Shown: in pieces, positions 54,905-62,759 of the stretch
Layout of the letters: every line of letters starts with the position of its first letter
How positions within the stretch are numbered: position 1 is the first letter of the stretch
Assembly: GCA_963702475.1 (NCBI GenBank)
Contig: CAVPCT010000009.1
Coordinates: 256,001 to 320,000 of the forward strand
Source of the DNA: an uncultured Thermoleophilia bacterium
Lineage (GTDB): Bacteria; Actinomycetota; Thermoleophilia; UBA2241
Reading direction: 5' to 3'
DNA: 64,000 nucleotides
The notes under the pieces: model-generated
Told to the model about the DNA's origin: nothing
Database searches by the model: none
Seen by the model: only the letters and a program-made list of their open reading frames with translations
Position numbers and translations under genes: made by a program

Positions 54905-55786
54905 TCAGCGTTCACGCACCCATTTCGCGTAGATGTTGGCAGCACGCCGGTCCATCTCCTCGGTCTCGGTCACACCGCTGCGCTCAAGCGCCTCGGCCGC
55001 ACCCTTCACTCGTGCCCGGCGCAGACAGATCAGCGTGACGACAAGCAGGCTGCGCGTGCCCTTGTCGGCCGAGGGCAGCGCCTCCTCGATCGGGGGGATC
55101 ACCCCTCCGCCGAGCTCTTCCAGGCCGAGTGCGAGCAGAGGGCCCACGACGGCCTCGCCGTACTCGGACGCCACGGAGATGACGTGCCGCACGCCGGCGT
55201 AGCGCATCGCCGAGATCTTCGCGCGAGCCTCCGTGCGGCCCGAGTGGACCGTGGAGTACATGCGCATGATCGTGCTCCCTCGGTCCAGCTGCATCCGTGT
55301 CAGACTGGCGCTGATGCGCGAGAGCTGCCGGTCGATCTCCTCGTTGCGGGTCCGCGTCAGTTGCTCGACCTGCTCGCTCATCGCCGCGGCCGGTCCGGCG
55401 AGGTCGGGGCGCGATGCATCCGACGCGACAACGCGCAGCAGCTCGTGGGCGGCGGGCAGGTCACGGTAGCGGGCGTAGAGGTACACGGTGTACAGAGCGC
55501 CGCGGCGGCGCACGTCGTCGTCGGCGTCCAGCTGCCCGGCGACGTCGGTGAACGTCGCTTCGCCGAGCTCGACGAGCACGGCGCCGGCCTTGCGCTGCAG
55601 GCTCTCGTCCCCGAGGCAGGTCAGCAGCGACTCCCGGCCGTTCTGACCGAGGTCGGCGAGAGCCGCGAGGATGGGCCGGCGCACGTCGCGCCTGGTGGCC
55701 GCCGCGTACAGCTGCGTGAGGCCGGCCACATCACCGGCGTCGTGAAGGCTGGTGATGTCGCTCTGGCTCGGCATCTGGTTGCTCAT
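54905..55786 (-). CDS. Hypothetical alpha-helical (HEAT-repeat-like) protein
   Basis: GGGGAG RBS; DVRRPILAALADLG, DDDVRRRGAL, VIPPIEEAL repeats. Confidence 0.65.
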   Translation of the reverse strand: MSNQMPSQSDITSLHDAGDVAGLTQLYAAATRRDVRRPILAALADLGQNGRESLLTCLGDESLQRKAGAVLVELGEATFTDVAGQLDADDDVRRRGALYTVYLYARYRDLPAAHELLRVVASDASRPDLAGPAAAMSEQVEQLTRTRNEEIDRQLSRISASLTRMQLDRGSTIMRMYSTVHSGRTEARAKISAMRYAGVRHVISVASEYGEAVVGPLLALGLEELGGGVIPPIEEALPSADKGTRSLLVVTLICLRRARVKGAAEALERSGVTETEEMDRRAANIYAKWVRER

Positions 55787-55900
55787 CGGCTCTCCCCGGG
55801 ACGTTCGCTGACATGCCGGCCACACGCCGGCGACGGACAGCGTACCCGCGCCGGTCGCGCAAGGCCAGCGAGGCACCCGGCTGCGGGCGAGCCACGGCCG

Positions 55901-55946
55901 GGCCCATGCAAGGGTATTGACTCCTCGGGTAGACGCAAGGTACCTT
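55901..55946 (+). promoter_or_regulatory. Degenerate 7-2-7 site abutting the SSS transporter promoter
   Basis: GGCCCAT-GC-AAGGGTA 55901-55916 then TTGACT-18-TACCTT; same GGGTATTG junction as at mtmB. Confidence 0.5.
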
Positions 55947-56197
55947 GCCTCATCCTTCGGCCCGCCGCGCCCCATCGGGGGAGCGCCGGCGCGACCGACA
56001 GAGGTGTATCCCTGGTCCTGCGTGCACGGCATCCGGGGGGATCGCCGTCGCACTGGGGAGGTGGTGCCGCAACCTGAGCCGCCGGACGACCACCGGTCTC
56101 GCGCCCGGTGCCGGCCCGTTTCATGCCGGCACGTCACCGGGCCAAAGCCATGGTCCCGGGATCTCTCACACAACGTCAACGAGCAGAGGGGGGAGCA

Positions 56198-57817
56198 ATG
56201 ATAGTGGCAGCCGCGATCAGTCCAGTCTGGTACTGGGTCATCGTGCTCGGCTACATGCTCGTGCTGATCGGGATCGGCGCCTGGACGTACCGCTACCAGA
56301 AGCAGCAGAAGTCCGCGACCGACGAGCACGACGACTACTGGATCGCCAAGCGCCGCAACAACGCCCTCGTGGTGGGCTGCGCCATCGCTGCAGGCTGGTT
56401 CCTGATGGGCTTCATCACCTGGGCCATGTACAACACCTACATGTACGGCATCGGCGGCATCTGGGCCATGGTCGTACCGTGGACGGTGCTGCTGTTCTGC
56501 ATGGTGATCCTCGTGCCGTGGGTACGGCGCATGAAGGCCATCTCGCAGCCGCAGATGCTCCAGCAGCGCTTCGGACTGGCTCTGCGCGTGCTCGTGAGCC
56601 CGTTCAACATGTTCTGCTTCATCATCTGGGCCGCGGCGGAGATCTGGACGGTCTCGCTGTACATGGCGTCGGCATTCGGCGTCCAACCCTGGGTCCTCTA
56701 CATCGTCTTCGCCGTGCCCTGCGCCCTCTACATGGCCCTGGGCGGCTTCCACGCCGTCATCAGCGCCAACCTGCTGCAGTTCGCCATGGGCGTCACCTTC
56801 GTCACCATCATCTTCTTCGTGATGGTCTTTGAGGCGTGGGACGCCCTGCCCAGTGGCCAGAGCATGATCGACTACCTCGGGAGCGTCGTACCGGCGGGCA
56901 ACTCGGAAGGCGACAGTGCGCTCACGCTCTTCAGCCTGGGCATACCGTTCGCCATCTTCTCGCTCATCGCACTCCTGCCGGGGTGGGTGATCGAGGAGGA
57001 CTGGTGGCTCAAGGCGCAGTCGGCCAAGAGCACGCGTGCCGCACGGCAGGGCATCTGGGCCAACCTGAGCTACAACCTCATCTGGATCCTCGGCCTGCCG
57101 AGCCTCATCGGCCTCTTCGCCCTCGTGCTTTATCCGCCGGAAGTGCTCGACACCAAGCTGGCCGGGAACGCCTACGAGCTCATGCCGGTGTTCCTGGGTG
57201 ACTACTTCCCGCCTTGGCTGCAGATGATCGTGTTCTGCCTCATGGCTGCACACGCCGTAGCCACGGTGGCTACGTTCACCAACGTGTCGGCCCTCAACAT
57301 CAGCTACGACGTCCTGCAGCCGCTCGTATACCGCAAGCGCGGGTGGGGTGACGCCAGGATCGTGCTGGCCAGCCGCATCGCGTCGCTGTTGGTCGTCATC
57401 GCCACCCTGGGCGTGACGTTCCTCATCGACATGCTGCCGCAGGGCCTGTGGGACGCGTACTACCTGTCCAGCGGTGTGCTCTCTGCTGCCGTCGGCGTCT
57501 CCGTACTCTCCATCTTCTGGAAGCGCGCCAACTTCGCCGGTGCTTTCGCTGCGTCGCTCGTCGGTGGCGTCACCACACTCGTGCTGTTCATCGTGGAGAA
57601 GTACGTCTGGGAGTACGACTGGCCGATCCCGATCCCGGATTCCATGGTCGCTACCGGCTACGCCTACGCGGTGGTCGGCGTGATCCTCGCCATCATCACC
57701 CTGGTCGTGGTCACGCTGCTGACGCCCAAGCCGCCGCAGATCAACCTCGACTCCATCTCGGCGCAACCCGTTGACGATCACGCCGAGTTCTTCGCCGGCG
57801 TGCGTGAGACGTACTGA
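56198..57817 (+). CDS. Sodium:solute symporter family transporter
   Basis: DYWIAKR, QMLQQRFG, YMALGGFHAVISANLLQF, FWKRANFAGA; about 13 TM. Confidence 0.88.
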   Translation: MIVAAAISPVWYWVIVLGYMLVLIGIGAWTYRYQKQQKSATDEHDDYWIAKRRNNALVVGCAIAAGWFLMGFITWAMYNTYMYGIGGIWAMVVPWTVLLFCMVILVPWVRRMKAISQPQMLQQRFGLALRVLVSPFNMFCFIIWAAAEIWTVSLYMASAFGVQPWVLYIVFAVPCALYMALGGFHAVISANLLQFAMGVTFVTIIFFVMVFEAWDALPSGQSMIDYLGSVVPAGNSEGDSALTLFSLGIPFAIFSLIALLPGWVIEEDWWLKAQSAKSTRAARQGIWANLSYNLIWILGLPSLIGLFALVLYPPEVLDTKLAGNAYELMPVFLGDYFPPWLQMIVFCLMAAHAVATVATFTNVSALNISYDVLQPLVYRKRGWGDARIVLASRIASLLVVIATLGVTFLIDMLPQGLWDAYYLSSGVLSAAVGVSVLSIFWKRANFAGAFAASLVGGVTTLVLFIVEKYVWEYDWPIPIPDSMVATGYAYAVVGVILAIITLVVVTLLTPKPPQINLDSISAQPVDDHAEFFAGVRETY

Positions 57818-57861
57818 GCCGGGTCGGCGAAGGCCACTTCAGGCAAGAGAGGACGGTCAGC

Positions 57862-58317
57862 ATGGCATACACAATCGTGGTGGGGTACGACGGGTCCGAG
57901 CCGGCCAAGAAGGCGCTGGCCGCGGCCATCGAGTTCGCCAAGACCACACCCGACGCCGAGATCGTGGTCGTCTGCGGCCAGGACCGCAGGCCGGGGTACT
58001 TCTACTATGACGACCAGCCACTGTGGAAAGAGGCCATCAAGCTCGACCAGATGTGGGAGCACATGGAGGCCAAGATCGAGGAGGACCTCCAGGAAGCGGT
58101 GAAGGTCGTCCAGGACGCAGACGTGAAGGCGACCGCTGCCTGCGGTCGCGGACGGCCGTCTTCGATCGTGCTGAACGTGGCGCGAGAGACCGGCGCCCGC
58201 CTCATCGTCGTGGGCACACACGGCTCCGGCAAGGACGAGGAGACCACGGTGATGGGCTCCACGACGACGGAGCTGCTTCACCAGACGCACGTGCCAGTGC
58301 TGGTCGTGCCTCACTGA
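57862..58317 (+). CDS. Universal stress protein
   Basis: IVVGYDGS, LIVVGTHG, MGSTTTELLHQTHVPVLVV. Confidence 0.9.
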   Translation: MAYTIVVGYDGSEPAKKALAAAIEFAKTTPDAEIVVVCGQDRRPGYFYYDDQPLWKEAIKLDQMWEHMEAKIEEDLQEAVKVVQDADVKATAACGRGRPSSIVLNVARETGARLIVVGTHGSGKDEETTVMGSTTTELLHQTHVPVLVVPH

Positions 58318-58512
58318 CCACCGTGCGCGCCTGACGCGCACGGAGTGCCCGGCCGCCGGCGAGTCTCTGGCTCGCCGGCGGCCGGTAGTACGGCCCGGCC
58401 CGGGCCGTGGAACATACGGGGAGAGTCGCGACCGGCGGCCGTCCGGGGGCTCGTTCGTCTGAGCCCGGAGGTCCACCGGTCGTGTCCCCTCTTAACATCC
58501 TTGGGGGAGTCG

Positions 58513-59367
58513 GTGACCTTCGACGAATTCGCACTCATGCTCACAGCTGGGCCCAGGGCCAAGCTGCGGGCGGAAGTCTCCCTGGAGGACCGCGAGCGCA
58601 TCCTGCGCTCCCTCATGGGCCGCCTTCCCGTCATGGTCTACCGCTGCGCCGACGACGCCCAGTGGACCATGGAGTTCGTGAGCGCCGGAGCAGAGGAGAT
58701 CACCGGCTACAAGCCGGAGGAGCTCGTTGGCAACGCCCGGCTGGCGTACACCGACCTGGTGGTGCCGTGGCACTACGAGGGCGTCTGCCGCGACATCCAG
58801 CACGCCATCGAGAAGCACAACGCGTGGACGACGTCCTACCCCATCATCACCGCGTCAGGCGACCGCAAGTGGGTGTGGGAGCGCGGTGTGGCCGTGCTCG
58901 ACGACGCCGGGGAGGTGATAGCGCTTGCAGGGATCATCATCGACATGACCGTGGAGCGCGAGGCCGAGGAGTCACTCGAGCTCGCGCTCGCCGAGTGGCG
59001 CCAGGTGTTCGACGCCATGGACGACGCCGTGATGGTCCTGGACGGCGACGGCGAGGTGCTGCGAGCCAACGCGGCGGCAGCGGCTCTCAGCGGACTCGAT
59101 CAGGCCGAGATGGCCGGGCTCAAGTGCTCGGACGCGCTGCAGGAGCTCTGCGGCCAGGCCCAGGGCATGTGTCCTCGCGACAGGGTGCTGCTGTCGGGGC
59201 GGACGGAGATGACCTACGTGGAGCACGAAGGCAGGCTGCTTCGCCTGACGTTCAAGCCGACCCCGGTCATGGACGGACGCGTCAACGGCGGCTTGTACGT
59301 CGTGAGCGACGTCACGGACGCCGTCCGGGCACGGCCGCAGGACGCACCGGGTACGTCCTACGTGTGA
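58513..59367 (+). CDS. Tandem PAS-domain protein without an output domain (start approximate)
   Basis: MVYRCADDAQWTMEFVS..EITGY; EWRQVFDAMDDAVMVLD..LRANAAA. Confidence 0.8.
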   Translation: MTFDEFALMLTAGPRAKLRAEVSLEDRERILRSLMGRLPVMVYRCADDAQWTMEFVSAGAEEITGYKPEELVGNARLAYTDLVVPWHYEGVCRDIQHAIEKHNAWTTSYPIITASGDRKWVWERGVAVLDDAGEVIALAGIIIDMTVEREAEESLELALAEWRQVFDAMDDAVMVLDGDGEVLRANAAAAALSGLDQAEMAGLKCSDALQELCGQAQGMCPRDRVLLSGRTEMTYVEHEGRLLRLTFKPTPVMDGRVNGGLYVVSDVTDAVRARPQDAPGTSYV

Positions 59368-59406
59368 GACGCGGCGGGCGCCGCCCGCCGCGCGTCTGCA
59401 CCGGCG

Positions 59407-59748
59407 TCAGGATGCTGAGCGTCTGAGGAGGTCGGCCGCACTCGCGAAGAGCCATTCGGTGCGGGTGCGACACGTGACTATCGTGGCCAGGTCGAGCTCG
59501 CCCGGCAGCTCTTCGTCGACGAACGCGGCCGCAAGGTCCTTGACGCGGATCGGCTCCTGGCCGCCCCTCTCCATCTCGGCCAGTTCCATCATCACGGCCA
59601 CGCCCTTGCCGTCCCACTCATTGGGGACCACTGCGCACGAGAAGACGAAGGGGTGACCGTCGAGCTCGTATTCCTGGATCTCCCGCCGGCGCGCCAAAGA
59701 GACGGGATCGGTTGCCGGGTCCCCGCTGCGAACCAGCCACTCGCTCAT
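59407..59748 (-). CDS. Hypothetical protein (113 aa)
   Basis: GGGAGGA RBS, high-GC3 codons. Confidence 0.65.
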   Translation of the reverse strand: MSEWLVRSGDPATDPVSLARRREIQEYELDGHPFVFSCAVVPNEWDGKGVAVMMELAEMERGGQEPIRVKDLAAAFVDEELPGELDLATIVTCRTRTEWLFASAADLLRRSAS

Positions 59749-59963
59749 CGTGTCCTCCCGCTCGTTCGCTCGGCGCATCGCCCGCCTCGAGTGCCAGTGT
59801 GGAAGTGCGAGAGCGGAATCTTGTGCCGTTCTGGCGAATTCAGTGCCCTGTGGGGCCTTATGCGGTAGAGTACTGCGCAACAGGGTGCGGGAAGCGGCAA
59901 AACAGATGTTCACTGTGTCCATCTATAAGCTACGCACTAGGCCATAACAAACAACATTGAGCC

Positions 59964-59993
59964 TTGATGCAGGGGTCGCGTATCTCCTATAGT
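59964..59993 (+). promoter_or_regulatory. Candidate mttB promoter
   Basis: TTGATG-18-TATAGT preceded by an AT-rich stretch. Confidence 0.5.
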
Positions 59994-60261
59994 CGCGCTC
60001 ACCACCGTCCATAACGGCGACACATCGAGAAGGCTCTGTGTACTGTCTGGGTGCACGGCCTTTCTCATCGCACGTTGTCACACTCCGGGCTTCGGCCCAC
60101 GCGTCGACCATGACGGGCCACGTTCCCACCGTCGACTGGATCGTGGCGCGAACCGCGCTCAAGGGAGGAGGCGGGATGACGAGATGAGGGCGAGCCCACG
60201 AGGCCCTGCGGCCGGGTTCGCCCAGAACCGCTATCTGCAAAGTGCGTAAGAAGGAGGCGGA

Positions 60262-61737
60262 ATGATTCGAAGTCAAAGGTCAGGCATCAACCACCAGGGC
60301 GGCATCGGCATCGATGTCTTCAGCGAGGATGAGAGGCAGGCCATCCACTGGGGCACCGTCGAGGTGCTCGAGACGGCCGGCATCTGGGTGGAGGACGACG
60401 AGGCCCTCGACCTGTTCGCCGACGGCGGCTGCAAGGTCGACCGCTCGACGCGCAAGGTGCGGATCCCGCAGCACGTGCTCGAGGAGTGCATCAGTTGGGC
60501 GCCCTCCACGGTCACCCTCTGCGGCCGCGACCCCGCCAAGGACCTCGTCATGGAGGGCCGGCGGGTCGCGTTCACCAACTTCGCCGAGGGAGTGAAGGCC
60601 GTCGACCTGTACGACGGCAAGCTTCGCCCGACCACCAAGAAGGACGTCGGCGACCTCGCCCGTCTCGTCGACGCGCTCTCCGACATCGAGGTCTACACGA
60701 TCGCGGTGACGGCCACCGACGTGCCCCCGGAGGTCGCCGAGGCGCACCTCATCGAGCAGTCGTTGCTGAACACGACGAAGCCCATCTGCAGCCTGGCCCT
60801 CGCCCATCACGGCGCCCGCCTCCACATCGACGCCGCGGCCGCCGTGGTCGGCGGCCACGACAAGCTGGCCGACCGGCCGATGCTGCTCTTCCTCAGCTGC
60901 CCGGTCAGCCCGCTCAAGCTCATGGGCGAGTTCAGCGGGTGCATCATCGAGGCGGCCCGCGCCCATCAGGTCGCGATGCCGCTATCGATGGCCATGTCAG
61001 GCGGCTCCGCCCCGGTCACCCTGGCCGGCACCATGGTCACGCACAACGCCGAGGTGCTCGCCGGCATCGTCCTGGCGCAGCTCGCCGAGAAGGGCGCCAA
61101 GTGCGTCTACGGCACCTCCACCACCGCCTTCGACCTGCAGCGCGCGGCCGCGACCGTGGGCACCCCGGAGCTCGGCCTCATCAGCGCGGCCGTGGCCGAG
61201 ATGGGCCGCTACTATGGCCTGCCGACCTACGGCGCCGGGTTGTAGAGCGATTCCAAGCTCGGCGGCGACGCCCAGGTCGCGCACGAGAAGACCGTCACCG
61301 GCCTCCTGCCAGCGTTGGGAGGGCTCAACCTGATCTATGGAGCCGGGATGATCGAGTCGGGCGTCACCATCGACTACGGCACGCTCGTCATGGACAACGA
61401 CATCGCCCGTATCTGCAAGTACGTCCTGCGTGGCATCCCCACGAACGACGCGACGCTGATGGTTGATGAGATCATCGAGGTGGGGTCCGAGGAGGACTTC
61501 CTCTCGAGGATGAGCACCCTGAAGCTGATGCGTGAACACCAGTCCAAGGCCGGCAACATCGACCGCCGCGTGCGCGAGGAGTGGGAGATGGACGGCGGCA
61601 AGGACATGTACAGCCGCTGCAACGAGATGGCCAAGGAGCTCGTCGAGAGCCACACGGTTCCCGAGCTGCCGAGCGACGTCAAGGACCAGATCAGGGCCAT
61701 CGTCGTCAAGGCCGAGAAGGACGCTGGAGTCGCCTGA
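60262..61737 (+). CDS. mttB: Trimethylamine:corrinoid methyltransferase with an in-frame amber (Pyl) codon at 61243-61245 (491 aa)
   Basis: NTTKP, CPVSPL, SMAMSGGSAPVTLAGT..THNAEVL, GTPELG, YGAGL-O-SDSK...HEKT, NLIYGAGM. Confidence 0.93.
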
Positions 61738-61786
61738 GAGCTCAGCGCTCCGCAACGAACGCACGACGTGGAGGACATAGGATCCT

Positions 61787-62413
61787 ATGGCAGACTTTGA
61801 CTCTCTCAAGCAGATGATCGTCGACGGCAACGACGCCGCCACGGCCGCCACCCAGGCGCTCGTGGACGGCGGCGCCTCCGCCCGCGATATCCTCGACAGC
61901 GCCCTGCTTCCCGGCATGGACATCGTCGGCGCGCAGATGAAGAGCGGCGACAAGTTCATCCCCGAGGTGCTGCTCAGCGCCCGCACCATGCAGGGCTGCC
62001 TCGACATCATCAAGCCGCTTCTTGGTGAGGGCGGCGGCTCCCTCGGCACGGTCGTCATCGCCACCGTCGAGGGCGACATGCACGACATCGGCAAGAACCT
62101 CGTCGCCATGCTGCTCAGCGGCGCCGGCTTCGAGGTCGTCAACCTCGGCAAGGGCATCACCTGCGCCGACATGGTCGCCGCCTGCAAAGAGCACGACGCC
62201 GACATCCTCGGCATGAGCGGCCTGCTGACCACCACCATCCCCAAGATGCCCGAGACCATCCAGGCCCTCAAGGACGCCGGCCTGCGCGACAAGGTCAAGG
62301 TCATCGTCGGCGGCGCCCCGGTCAGTGCCGAGTGGGCCGCCGAGGTGGGCGCCGACGCCTACGGTGCCAACGCGTCCCTCGGCGTCGAGAAGTGCAAGGA
62401 GCTCATGGGCTGA
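61787..62413 (+). CDS. mttC: Corrinoid protein (cognate of MttB)
   Basis: FIPEVLLSA, TVEGDMHDIGKNLV, SGLLTTT, VGGAPV. Confidence 0.9.
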   Translation: MADFDSLKQMIVDGNDAATAATQALVDGGASARDILDSALLPGMDIVGAQMKSGDKFIPEVLLSARTMQGCLDIIKPLLGEGGGSLGTVVIATVEGDMHDIGKNLVAMLLSGAGFEVVNLGKGITCADMVAACKEHDADILGMSGLLTTTIPKMPETIQALKDAGLRDKVKVIVGGAPVSAEWAAEVGADAYGANASLGVEKCKELMG

Positions 62414-62462
62414 GTCCCAGCCCGTGAGGGCGGCCTCGCCGCCCTGGATGAGCTGCGTGACG

Positions 62463-62506
62463 GGGAGCGCCCCCGCCGCCTACCCGGCGGCGGGGGCGCT
62501 CCCTTG
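62463..62506 (+). terminator. Terminator-like hairpin after mttC
   Basis: Perfect 18-bp stem GGGAGCGCCCCCGCCGCC-TACCC-GGCGGCGGGGGCGCTCCC then TTG. Confidence 0.7.
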
Positions 62507-62538
62507 TCGTCCGCCTCCCCCGAAGCCACGAAACCCTG

Positions 62539-62566
62539 TTGACGCGCGCCGAGACCGACGTATGGT
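62539..62566 (+). promoter_or_regulatory. Candidate promoter of the last permease
   Basis: TTGACG-16-TATGGT. Confidence 0.5.
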
Positions 62567-62759
62567 TCGTTGTACAAAGGGCAGGGGCCCACGCCGGGCC
62601 ATGGACACAAGGAGGATGCGACAGCCGAAGCAGACAAGGGACCCGGCCCCGCACGGTCTCGGCGACATGTCAAGGGCCCGGATGGGCACCGACGCCCTCA
62701 GCGCCACCAAGGGCCAGGCGCCAGAGTGAACGTCAGGCAGCGTACGCACGGGGGAGAGC

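Noticed and set aside
55995-56100. Lysine, SAM or cobalamin riboswitch in the SSS leader (AGAGGTG...ATCGCCG; GCAACC; CACTGGGGAG)
   Set aside because: Only fragments match; the loop-E AGUA/GAAA, SAM core and B12 box are absent
45363-61737. mtmB, mtbB and mttB as nonsense pseudogenes or six separate genes
   Set aside because: Each has exactly one TAG, at the known Pyl column, with intact in-frame downstream halves and cognate corrinoid genes
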